From positions 55,490,001 through 55,554,000 of the forward strand of contig NC_043010.1 in the NCBI RefSeq assembly GCF_006345805.1: DNA of 64,000 nucleotides. Reading direction: 5' to 3'. Below are positions 52,811-64,000 of the stretch, piece by piece. Position 1 is the stretch's first letter. Every line of letters starts with the position of its first letter. The notes under the pieces were generated by a model. The model was given only the letters and a program-made list of their open reading frames with translations. It did no database searches and was not told the DNA's origin. A program made the position numbers and the translations under genes. Origin of the DNA: Octopus sinensis. Its lineage: Eukaryota.

Positions 52811-53362
52811 TCACATAATATATATATATATATATATATTTGTTTTATTTGACCATCTATCTATCTATCTATCTAGCCATCTCCCTGCCCATCTCTTTCT
52901 TTATATATATGTCCATACATACATATGTGTGTTTGCATGTGCGTGTGTGTGCCTGTGTGTGCATGTGTGCGTGCGTGTGTATGTGCGTTTCTCATTATCC
53001 TTTTCCTCTCGTTGCCTTACTTCCATTTACACTGAACGAAGCATCTTTAATTTAGACAAAAATACACAGGAGAATAAGAATTCCTGATCCACTAACATCT
53101 AGTTGCCTGTGCTAATTTACAAAACTCTTAACAACTAATTCTTCAATTATCTTGACAAGAACATTAGACATAATGACTATGAAGATATATGTGGATGTCG
53201 TAAATGGTTATTCTGTTATTTAAATAAGACTCTAACATATAACTGTTATTTAGAATATTTTTAATTTAAAGATACAGCCGAAATTTTCTTCCATACGCTA
53301 CAGGACACCTTGTACATATTAGTAAACATGTATGTAATTATATTGAATAAACATGCAGTCAA

Positions 53363-53692
53363 GGCGGTGAGCTGGCAGAAACATTAGCATGCCGGGTGAA
53401 CTGCTTAGCGCCATTTCGCCTGCAGCTACGTTCTGAGTTCAAATTCCGCCGAGGTCGACTTTGCCTTTCATCCCTTCGGGGTCGATTAAATAAGTACTAG
53501 TTTCGCACTGGGGTCGATGTAATCGACTTAATCCGTTTGTCTGTCCTTGTTTGTCCCCCTCTGTGTTTAGCTCCTTGTGGGTAGTAAAGAAATAGATATT
53601 TTGTCTGCCGTTAGGTTCTGAGTTCAAATTTCCACCGAGGTGGACTTTGTCTTTCATCCTTTCGGTGTCGATAAATTAAGTACAAGTTAAGT
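53363..53692 (+). mobile_element. SINE family A dimer
   Basis: Head, body, aaagaaatagatatt junction, second body. Confidence 0.9.
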
Positions 53693-53696
53693 ACAG

Positions 53697-53778
53697 GTGC
53701 AACACGTCGACCGGTCCAGGAATTGAAATCTTATGTTCATGAGTCCAGCACCATAACCACTAGACCACGTGCCACCAC
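53697..53778 (-). mobile_element. Decayed family D-like SINE head
   Basis: Minus ggcacgtggtctagtggtt..tttcaattcctggaccgg. Confidence 0.5.
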
Positions 53779-53979
53779 TCACCCCCAATATGCTCAGATA
53801 TAGTTAGTATCAGGAATCTTTATCACGGATTCCACTAGTGTTAATTCTACCCCTTCAATTCTGTCGACATTCTCTCACGTCAGGATTATAAGGCCACGTG
53901 TTTTTCAGACAAACTTCCATTTTGAAGTTCTAGTTAAATTAATGAAATTACAAGAGCTTCGTACTTACCATACAGTTTG

Positions 53980-54280
53980 TTTGTTCCTTCCCATGCCACG
54001 CCTGGCTCATTTGACCGGTTTCCCGGTTTCATTGGCGTATGGGATTCCCCACCTGGACGGAACACCAGTCTGTCGCTGGTGAGCTACAATATGCAGAAGG
54101 AAAGAGTGAGAGAAAGTTGTGGCAAATGAGTCAGCAGAAGTTTCGCCATTACCTTCTGCCGAAGCCGCGTGGAGCTTAGGTGTTTCGCTCATAAACACAC
54201 ATATCGCCCGGTTTGAGATTCGAACCCGCGATCCCTCGACCGCGAGTCCGATGCTCTAATCGCTAGGCCATGTGCCTCCA
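53980..54280 (-). mobile_element. Mosaic SINE (family C head, family D-like tail) with 14-bp TSD
   Basis: taccatacagtttg at 53966-53979 and 54281-54294. Confidence 0.88.
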
Positions 54281-54349
54281 TACCATACAGTTTGAGATCA
54301 TCCATAAATGTTAGAGGTTTGATCTTTTGCTATTTTTTCCTTTCAACTC

Positions 54350-55000
54350 TCATCCAGATCTTCCTTCTCTTAGTATCTGAGTCAAAATGAACATGCATAG
54401 AATAACAAGTAAAGGAGAAATGTTGTCACTTTGAAATATCTCTCTTTTGATATTTAACATTCTGAAGTTCCGTCCATATGATTTGAACTCAATCTTCTAG
54501 GCTTCCATGCTTTTTCTCAAAGTAATTTCTTCATATTCTATGCAATCCCAAGTATATTCAAGCCTTCAATGGCTCACAAATACATTATCACGACACAGGC
54601 GTTGTGGTATTCTATGCAAACCACTACTAAATTTGCCTTCCTTTGCTTAAAATCTTTCATCACCATTTATCTTTGAAGGTACAGGTCTTTAGTTCCCTAT
54701 AACTCCATTTAAAACCTTCCTGCACAACAGAGAGAATTCAGCGATTATTCTAGTGAGCAGCTTTCATATCAGTTGGAGGCATGATCTGGCACTGCAATTA
54801 TATCCTTAACATTTCCTTTTAAAACATCCTTCTAACTCATACCTGTTCGTCTCGTAGTTATTCAATCAGGAATCTCTTCATTTCCACTCAGCTCTGCATT
54901 AACCTGTTCTGTTATTCATTGCTGGCACCGTATTAGCTTCTTTATCCAATATTCTGAATACCTTCAGGTCCAGCATCTTTCCAATTACTCGTCTTTCTAC
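54350..55000 (-). pseudogene. R4/Dong-like RT fragment, highly decayed
   Basis: SNWKDAGPEGIQ, MVMKDFKQRKANLVVVCIEY, LNILGIA*NMKKLL, decayed IFQ.D..SPLL motif. Confidence 0.7.
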
Positions 55001-55125
55001 ATAGTTTTCTTTACCTTTGCTAATTATTCCTGTAGTTGGTAAGAAACAAGACGCCTTCAGCTTTTGCAGTCACTCAGCATTATGCAGTCCTTTGTTTCCC
55101 TATCTCGCACTCAAAAATATTAGCA

Positions 55126-55184
55126 TTCTTCTTCTTCTTCTTCTTCTTCTTATTATTATTATTATTATTATTATTAATTTTTAA

Positions 55185-55216
<32 letters not shown>

Positions 55217-55225
55217 TAGTAGTAG

Positions 55226-55260
<35 letters not shown>

Positions 55261-55262
55261 AG
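55126..55262. repeat. Compound (TTC)(TTA)(TAG)(CTA) microsatellite
   Basis: Direct reading; similar arrays at 40809-41120. Confidence 0.92.
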
Positions 55263-55790
55263 CCGGCGAGCTGGCAGAAACGTTAGCACGCCGGGCCAAA
55301 TGCTTAGCGGTATTTCGTCTGCCGTTACGTTCTGAGTTCAAATTCCTCCGAGGTCGACTTTGTCCTTCATCCTTTCGGGGTCGATAAATTAAGTACCAGT
55401 TACGCACTGGGGTCGATGTAATCGACTTAATACCTATGTCTGTTCTTGTTTGTCCCCTCAGTGTTTAGCCCCTTGTGGGTAATAAAGAAATAGGTATTTC
55501 GTCTGCCGTTACGTTCTGAGTTCAAATTCCTCCGAGGTCGACTTTGTCCTTCATCCTTTCGGGGTCGATTAAATAAGTACCAGTTACGCACTGGGGTCGA
55601 TATAATCGACTTAATATCTTTGTTTGTCCTTGTTTGTCCTCTCTGTGTTTAGCCCCTTGTGGGTAATAAAGAAATAGGTATTTCCTCTGTTTTACGTTCT
55701 GAGTTCAAATTCCGCCGAGATCGATTTTGTCTTTCATCCTTTTGGGATCGATGAATTAAGTAACAGTGAAACACTTCGGTCGATCAAATC
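55263..55790 (+). mobile_element. SINE family A trimer, 184-bp period
   Basis: ggtatttc at 55309, 55493 and 55677. Confidence 0.93.
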
Positions 55791-56307
55791 GATTAGTCTC
55801 CTCATTTCAGGTCTTGTTCCTTTAGTGGAAATGAGCATCATTATTATTATTATTGTAACTCAAGAAAGCCGGCACCAATAACATCATATTGTTATGCACG
55901 AATTACTAAATAAATCACTGTTGCCACCTTTAACAATATCTGTTAACTTTAGAATATAAAGTTGGTGTCTTTACAACGTACTTGTGATAGCAACAAGTAA
56001 CATTTAAACTATGTTTGTTCTTCTGCTGCTTTCCCTGCCTTCATGTAGTTTTGATACTGACGCATTCTGCCAAGACAAAGGGGCTCATCTCACTGTCGAT
56101 GTTGACTGCATGTATCCAAGCCACAAGTATGTCAAATATAATATTAGCAGTGTGATTTTCCCAAGATTAACAATTGTGAAAATTAGGGATTTCTAGTTAT
56201 GCTAGCCGAAAGCTTTCAGGGTGCTTGAAGGCGTACCACGTAATCGAAGCTGCAACAAAGGTTCTCCCTAAGATGTCTTTATAGATCACGCATAATCATA
56301 GGTGTGT

Positions 56308-56553
56308 GGAGGCGCGTGGCTTAGTGGTTCGGGTGTCAGCATCATGATCGTAAGATTGTGGTTTCGATTCCTGGACCGGGCGACGCGTTGTTTTCTTGAG
56401 CAAAACACTTCATTACACGTTGCTCCAGTCCACTCAGCTAGTAAAAGTGAGTAACCTGCGATGGACTGGCACCCCGTTCAGCTGGGGAACACATACACCA
56501 TAGAAACCGGGAAACCGGGCCCATGAGCTTGGCTAGGCTTTAAAAGGGCGCAT
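56308..56553 (+). mobile_element. tRNA-derived SINE family D (CORE-like plus V-like segments)
   Basis: GTGGCTTAGTGG A box, GGTTTCGATTCC B box, ttcttgagcaaaacactt, cctgcgatggactggcaccccgttcag, gaaaccgggaaaccgg. Confidence 0.8.
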
Positions 56554-56929
56554 GCATTGCTCAGGTTTGTAAGGGAAATAACTATACAGCATTTTGAGAG
56601 AGTTATAGCCAAAAATAGCAAAAAAATGCATTAAAAATGGAAAAAATATGATGGTAATTTCTTTTTAAATCGTTGACTCATCGGAGACATTTTTAGAGGG
56701 TTACTTCCCTTTAAAAAAATATGCATGAAAATGGAAAAAAATGATGGTAAATTATTTTTAAAATCGTAGACTCATCGTAGACGCGCGCTAATACCCAGAA
56801 GGGCTCGATATAAATCACGACTATAAGATACCCGGTTTTGGTTAAACTGCACCGCAAAATGTGGGAGTAGTTAGGAATCTAAATCGAAGGGGACAGACAC
56901 TCACACAACTACAGTTTTATATATAAAGA
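56554..56929 (-). mobile_element. Non-autonomous Helitron-like element, 3' end missing
   Basis: Minus A^TCTTTATATATAAAACTGTAGTTGTGTG start; internal ~95-bp duplication (56619, 56713). Confidence 0.55.
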
Positions 56930-56966
56930 TAAACGTATGTGCATGTGCATGCGGGCGGGTGTGGTT

Positions 56967-56999
<33 letters not shown>

Positions 57000-57464
57000 A
57001 AGAGACTGGGAGAGCGTAGGTGTGTGAGTCCGCGCACGTTACAAACCGCTGGCATAAATTTTTTAATAGGATGATGCCCGCTGACAAGAACATCTGTTCG
57101 CAACAGTAATAACGGTAACAGCCTCAGCTACAAAACAAACACGGCCTTGATTATTTTCAAACACGAAAATCGATTTTAAGCTAAAGAAACAAACAATGAA
57201 TAAAATTAGATAATCGATGTTTCCAATTAAACATTCGAGTTGACAAAACGGAACAGCGTTGCTAACATTAAGCCAAAGGCGAAAATATATCACTGTTTCG
57301 AGCAGACTGTTGGTTGTTCTTATACACCGCAGGTCACAATGCGTTACTCCACATTGTTGAAGTGCTCAAATGGTGTGACTCCGTTGGCTAGGTGTCCAAA
57401 CCTATGGCTTATAACTGATCGAAATTATAGCACCTGTTCCTAAACAGGAGATCAATCTGTCTCA

Positions 57465-57600
57465 ACGTTACCCATTTACGGCTGAGTAAAATAAAGCAAA
57501 ATGAAATGAGTTTTACTGAAGAACACAACGCACCTCCCGATCCGGGAATCGAAATCAAGATCTCAGAATCTTGGGTGCATTACTCTAAGCACGTGTCCAT
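57465..57600 (-). mobile_element. Old CORE-like SINE
   Basis: Minus ttcgattcccgg..gcgttgtgttcttc..actcagccgtaaatgggtaac. Confidence 0.5.
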
Positions 57601-57607
57601 GCATCTT

Positions 57608-57984
57608 ATAAACAAGAGCATTCACAGAGCGCGAATCTCCACCAAGGCAACGCCAACATCCTCTCAACGATTAGCCGGAGAGGATTTTTAGAATGAGAAT
57701 ATCTGAAATAAACTGGACTTCTCTATAAACGAGAATACTAAAAATATACTCGACTGCTCTCAAAAATTAAGAAAGAAAAAAAAGAAACGGAAAAATAATC
57801 CAGATTGTTTGTCCGGTACCGGATCGGTCCCCAAATTTAATCAGTTTGTACCTGACACGAGGGCAAACATCCTTGAAAGTTTAATTTGAATCTGCCCAGC
57901 GGTTCTTGAGATACCTTTTGCACGGACAAAAAACAAACACGACTAAAAGCAATAACTCCGCCTTCGCTAAAGCGGGGGGTAATA
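57608..57984 (-). mobile_element. Second HINE-like copy
   Basis: Collinear with the reverse complement of 30718-31091, including both termini. Confidence 0.7.
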
Positions 57985-58169
57985 ATACACTTAAGGACGG
58001 CACCTTCACCAGAATTTTCATTCGTTGGAAATGTTGAAAGTGAAAAGAAGCAACTAAATATGACCCATCTCGAGAGAATAGAGACTGTATAGGTAAGGTA
58101 TACGACGAAATACAGTGATTAGTTGACAGTGAAGAAGATGTTCTGAATGCGTGCAAGCGTGTGTGTATG

Positions 58170-58830
58170 TGACTGTGCGTAACTGGTACTTTTTTAATCG
58201 ACCCCGAAAGGATGAAAGGCAAAATCGACCTCGGCGGAATTTGAACTCAGAACATAGCGGCTGACTAAATACCTATTTCTTTACTACCCACAACGGGATA
58301 AACACAGAAGCGACAAACAAGGACAGACAAACGGATTAAGTCGATTATATCGACCCCAGTGCGTAACGGGTACTTATTTAATCGGCCCCGAAAGGATAAA
58401 AGTCAATGTCGACCTCGGCGGAATTTGAACTCAGAACGTAGCGGCAGACGAAATACCGCTAAGCATTTCGCTCGGCGAGCACTCCGCTTTTTTAAAGATT
58501 CTTTTCTACACTAGACAGAACGCCCGAAATTTTCGGGGAGGGGGCGATCAGTCGATTATATCGACCCCAGTACGCAACTGGCATTTCATTTATCGACCTT
58601 GAGCAGACGAAAGGCATAGTCCCCCTCGGCGGAATTCGAACTTCGAACGTAAAGATAGGCGAAACATTGCGAAGCATTTTGGCTCTGCGTGCTAACTCGT
58701 GAACCTAAAAGGGAAGAAAGTCAAAGTTGACCCCGGTGGAACTTGAACTCAGAACGTAGAGTCGGAAGAAATCCTGCTAAACTTTTTTTGTTTTTTCCGA
58801 TGCGGTAACTATTCTACAAGATCGTCGCCT
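58170..58830 (-). mobile_element. Cluster of family A SINEs (dimer plus two older copies)
   Basis: gaatttgaactcagaac variants at ~58240, 58425, 58635 and 58745. Confidence 0.85.
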
Positions 58831-59786
58831 TTGTTAATCAATGCATATTAGTACTAAAACGTGTCTTGAACCAGCTTGTGTATATACCATACTACCTGCA
58901 GCTCAATATAACACCTGCTTAATATCTAATAGATAATCTGATCACGAAACTCAAATAACTACAGTTAGATATTAGAAACAGTGGTTAAATCCAGAGGAAT
59001 GCTTACTGGACTGGTAGATATATCTCTTCTTTGGTAAAGCAACTTGTCAAAAGAAAAATGGAAAAAGAAATAAAATGGTAACACTATTAGAAGAGGTAGG
59101 TAGCTCTGTCAGAATGATAAACTATGACTCACAAATGGTTGTTACCCTTTCGCTGACGCACAGTAGAGATAAATGCAAGTCAGGGGGTTTTGAAATTATG
59201 AACCATTTCGCTTCAGTTTTGCTACATTATATTAACTACCATTAATCTCCATTACAGATTACACACAAGAGCAGAGTTATCTCTCCTTTTTCCCCTCTCT
59301 GTTTCTCACTCTCTCTTTCACTCTTTATCTCTCTCTCCCTATATATATATATATATAAATATATATATTCACACACGTATAGGTATCTGTTTCTGTGTGC
59401 CGTTGTTCTCTAAGTTAATGAAATATCGTAAACGTCTTACATCTCCATACGAAATTATTGCACAATTTCCATTTCCTGACAACCGAGCCGCTTTGTTCGT
59501 TCATGACAATTTCATTTCAAATATGTCATCCAAGGCTACTACAGACTTATCTATTTCCATTGGAAATTCGCTTAGGTACTTATGTAGCATTAAACGCATG
59601 AAGTACCAGCTTTCATCTTGTTAAAGCATCTATTTTATATCTCTAGTTTTTGTAGTTTATGCTTACGGTTTTTTAATGTATTTATCTCTCATTTTTCATA
59701 CATACACACACACGTACTCACACACATGTACACATACACACACACGCACACACACACATACACACATATATATGTATGTATGTATG

Positions 59787-59821
<35 letters not shown>

Positions 59822-59913
59822 ATATATATATATATGTATGTATATATATATATATGTATATATATATGTATATGTACATATATTATATTATTTATATTAT
59901 ATATATATATATT

Positions 59914-59944
<31 letters not shown>

Positions 59945-60044
59945 GTATATATATATATATATATATATTACGTGTGTGTGTGTATTTGTACATGTATATA
60001 TACGCACACACGCTATATAAATACCTTATATGCATGTATATTAA

Positions 60045-60100
<56 letters not shown>

Positions 60101-60150
60101 TATACATACGCATATATTATATATATATATATACATATATATACATACGC

Positions 60151-60181
<31 letters not shown>

Positions 60182-60775
60182 TTAGATACGCGCATGTAAG
60201 TGTGTGCGTGTATCTATATATGCGCTCGCGTGTGTGTGTGTGTGTGTGTGTATTTGTATCTATTTACCTCTTCTGTGTATGTATATATATTCATCACATG
60301 TTTGTGCTCTGCTCGTTTTATCGCTCGCTATTTCTCAGTTGATGGTCTCCGTCATCATTTTAAATCTCAATATAACTAGCTTATTGCATGATTCCTTCTG
60401 TTTTTATTATATTTATATACATATTTTATTCACTGACTTTAGTTTCTATATCCTTCTGATCATTATTCTTAGTTCTGTACATGTTCTTTATATATTTATA
60501 TATTTCTTTTATTATATTTTTATTTCTATGAAAACTTCTCTAGAAACTATTATTGTTGTATTTGGGGACGGTCATGTTGCCAGTTTAGCCAATAAAAACA
60601 CACGCACTATATATTTGGTGTTAATTTGCTTCAGCTTTATTTTATCTTTTTCACTAAACGTATATCGGTCAGAGATCTTTCGTCACACTTCTGTGACCTC
60701 ATCAGTGGTCCTTTGCTTTCTTCTTTCTTATTTGTGTGTCTTTCCTTACTAAAACATTTGTATTTTGTCCATATA

Positions 60776-60937
60776 TAGGAGAGGTTAAGTGGTAAGTAGC
60801 TTGTTTACGAACTGCATGGCTCCGGCTTTAGTAGCACTGCGTTGTATCTTGGGCAAGTGTCTTCTACTATAGCCTCGGGTCGACCAAAGCCTTTTGAGTG
60901 GGTTTGGTAGACGGAAACTGAAAGAAGCATGTCGTAT
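60776..60937 (+). mobile_element. SINE family B 5' half
   Basis: gtggtaagtagcttg..cttgggcaagtgtcttctactatagcc..gaaactgaaagaagc then (TA)n. Confidence 0.85.
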
Positions 60938-60965
60938 GTATGTGTATATATATATTATAATTATA

Positions 60966-61011
<46 letters not shown>

Positions 61012-61015
61012 AATA

Positions 61016-61425
61016 GGCGCAGGAGTGGATGTGGGGTAAGTAGCTTGCTTAGCGAACCGCATGGTTCCGAGGTTCAGTCCCACTGCGAAGCACCTTGGGC
61101 AAGTGTCTTCTATAGCCTCGGGCCGACCAATCTTCTGTCAGTGGATTTGGTAGACGGAAACTGAAAGAATCCCGTCGTTATATATATGTGCATGTATATG
61201 TTTGGTGTGCCTGTTTGTCCCACACACACGCACACAACATCGCTTGACAACCGATGCTGGTGTGTTTACGTCCCCCGTAACTTATTGGTTCGGCGAAAGA
61301 GATCTGTAGAATAAGTACTAGGCTTACAAAGAATCAGTCCTGGGGTCGATTTGCTCGACTAAAGGCGGTGCTCCAGCATGACCACAGTCAAATGACTGAA
61401 ACAAGTAAAAGAGGAAAAGAGTAAA
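61016..61425 (+). mobile_element. SINE family B, full length
   Basis: Matches the other family B copies. Confidence 0.92.
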
Positions 61426-61689
61426 ATGGTTTCTGGGTTTTTTTCTCCGTTGCGTTTTCACTCCGTTTTTTTCTCCGTTGCTTTTATTTGTTGTTTGTCG
61501 ATTTGTATCTCGTGTAAATATTTATCTTGCAATCGTTACTGATATCACCTCTGTTGTTTGCAGTTTTTTTTCTTTCTAGTCACTATTTTAGTGTTATTTA
61601 TTTTTCTCTTCTCGTTGTTGCTGATAATGATGTAAATAGAAAGTAGTGTTCAATGATATTAACTGAAACATTCTTTTCTACTCTAGGCA

Positions 61690-62225
61690 CAACGACCCGA
61701 AACCTGGGTGTCGGGTGGGGGGGGGGGGCAGTCGATTAGATCGTCCCCAGTACAAAGTCTACATCGGCGGAATTTGAAATCAGAACGTAGCGACGGGCGA
61801 AATGCCGCTAAGCATTTCTTCCAGTGTGCCAACGATTCTGTCAATCATAAAAATAATTATTTCTACTGGATGCACAAAGCATCATATTTGTGGGGAGGAG
61901 ACTTGTGGGTTACATTGACCCTTGTGTTTCACTGGTACTTGATTTATAGATCCCGAAAGGATGAAAGGCAAAGTCGACTTCGGCAGAATATGAATTCAGA
62001 ACGTAAAGACGGACGAAATACCTATTTCTTTACTACCCACAAGGGGCTAAACTTAGAGAGAACAAACAAGGACAGACAAACGGATCAAGTCGATTATATC
62101 GATCCCAGTGCGTAACTGGTACTTAATTTATCGACCCCGAAAGGATGAAAGGCAAAGTCGACCTCGGCGTAATTTGAACTCAGAACGTAACGGTAGAGGA
62201 AATACGGCTACGCATTTCGCCCGGC

Positions 62226-62230
<5 letters not shown>
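61690..62230 (-). mobile_element. Family A SINEs (dimer plus older copy)
   Basis: Junction gaaatacctatttctttactacccacaagg at ~62015. Confidence 0.85.
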
Positions 62231-62261
<31 letters not shown>

Positions 62262-62494
62262 AAGTAGCTGTGTATATCTTTTATCCTTCATTAGTTTTGT
62301 TTGTTTCTGTCATTCGACTGCAATTAATCCTTGAGCATTTCTTTGAAGTGTTTTTTTACGCCACCGTTTATTGTTCTCTTTGTAAGTCTGTTAGTTCCTG
62401 TCTATGTCTCTCTTTAAGAAATTCGAAGCTGCAGAGGCGCAAACAAATCAATTCTCATTGTCAATCGATGTGAAGAACAACCGGAGAGGGAATG

Positions 62495-62529
<35 letters not shown>

Positions 62530-62698
62530 ACACACACACACACACACGCACGCACACTGACACATATATATGGAAAGACGTTTTCATTTTCCCGGGTTGT
62601 CAAACTAATACACCTCTTTGTTGTTCATACCCCTGTCTTCATCTTTTGTTTGTCTATGAATTTCAACTATATGTACTCTCTCTCTCTCTCTCTCTCTC

Positions 62699-62856
62699 TT
62701 TTACTCTTCTTTACTTGTTTCAGTCATTTGACTGCGGCCATGCTGGAGCACCGCCTTTAGTCGAGCAAATCGACCCGAGAATTATTCTTTGTAAGCCAGT
62801 ACTTATTATATCGGTCTCTTTTGCCGAACCGCTATGTGACGGGGACGTAAACACAT
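62699..62856 (-). mobile_element. SINE family B 3' part, cut by the gap
   Basis: cttgtttcagtcatttgactgcggccatgctggagcaccgcc. Confidence 0.9.
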
Positions 62857-62956
62857 NNNNNNNNNNNNNNNNNNNNNNNNNNNNNNNNNNNNNNNNNNNN
62901 NNNNNNNNNNNNNNNNNNNNNNNNNNNNNNNNNNNNNNNNNNNNNNNNNNNNNNNN
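62857..62956. other. Assembly gap of 100 N
   Basis: Direct reading; true size unknown. Confidence 1.
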
Positions 62957-64000
62957 AATTCTTGACAATAAGTCTTACCTCATTGCACAGCTTTGGTGGA
63001 GAAAGGTTGTGTAGATGCATGTTTGGAACGCCTATTTTCAATGGAAGGCAATGGGGAGGAACTTCTGGTAGCTGCAATGTGTTTAAGAACTCAACCGGTT
63101 AATTAACTATTTCCGATCATGCAAAACAGAGTCTATAGATTTGTGGATATATTCGTTTCCTGGGAAAAGCTTCTCGAGTCTTCCATTTAAATTATTTACA
63201 CTAACGTTCTTTGGTGACATGGCTGCTCTTTTGCACGGTCAACCAGCATTTGTGTAATTTGAATTTATACTTGGAAAAATTCTTCAATAAGTTCCTCAAC
63301 CAAGCTGACCAAAGTGCAGATTTTCGATGGATTCAAGTCACCTTCTCCAAGTTGCAAAAGAGTATGGGCAAATTATTCCAACAGATGTTCCCCATGCAAA
63401 TGTGCTCTCACATTTGTAAAAGCTATAACACTTTGATATGTTTCCATAAAATAGATTTCAAACATACTTTATATTCATCCGCCTTTGTTCCCCTGGGAAT
63501 CTCTTGCAAAGTTTGTCTGAGGTCACATGAATGTACTGCTGTCATACCTCATTTCAAACAAATGGAACAGCCCAAATCCTGCAGCATTCTGCTAACAGAC
63601 TCTACTGATTTCTTATGGTACATTGTAGATTAGACACACATGATCAAAGAACCCTTCACGAAGACTTGAGCTAAATAACAACTTTTACTAATACTGCAGG
63701 CAGTTTTATCATTTGAAGCTAGACTTAATGGCTGCTGTTCAACCTCATGTAAGGAAAGTAGCGGCAATTTCAGAGCTTGCCACAGCTAAGACAATTTTCC
63801 TTTTCCTGCCGGAACTTTGGCACTAAATTTGTAACAAAATATTTTCCAGTTTCTGCTGGTGCATCTAAAAAATATAATTCTCCTCTTTTATATGTCACTT
63901 GGTCGATGATTATTGTATATGTAAGTTGGTCTGGCAAAAGTTTCGGAACGTTTTCTTCATGGAATCTTATGAATCAATATCATATGAAGTTTCTCGAAAA
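62957..64000 (-). pseudogene. Helitron RepHel Pif1-type helicase, decayed; runs past the window end
   Basis: [88 protein letters not shown]; stops and frameshifts. Confidence 0.92.

Larger units (their letters stand above)
50041..52815 (-). mobile_element. Penelope-like retroelement, 5'-truncated, inserted in (TA)n
   Basis: RT, GIY-YIG and 3' hammerhead in order on the minus strand; (TA)n at ~50020-50040 and ~52817-52838. Confidence 0.92.

Noticed and set aside
62720-63077. ORFs spanning the N gap
   Set aside because: Artefacts of reading through 100 N; SINE on one side, Helitron helicase on the other

Overview
Eukaryotic, strongly AT-rich, microsatellite-dense non-coding DNA. The SINE repertoire and (TA)n/(CA)n/(TAA)n load point to an octopus or other cephalopod genome (inference). 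No intact host gene is recognisable, and nearly all track ORFs are microsatellite or minisatellite artefacts. The window is a record of mobile elements: a ~2.8 kb 5'-truncated Penelope-like element (RT + GIY-YIG) with an intact hammerhead core near its 3' end, about ten hammerhead-like motifs from six families, four R4/Dong-like and one RTE LINE remnant, four Tc1/mariner remnants, a decayed Helitron helicase, non-autonomous Helitron/Helentron elements, AT-rich fold-backs and several tRNA-derived SINE families. Most notable are a candidate tRNA-headed, hammerhead-bearing SINE-like element (8.9-9.3 kb), a Tc3-like fold-back built from two right ends, a 27-bp minisatellite born inside a SINE, SINE multimers with a 184-bp unit, and a mosaic SINE with a 14-bp TSD. 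Family names A-D are my own labels. Element boundaries are approximate and read by eye.
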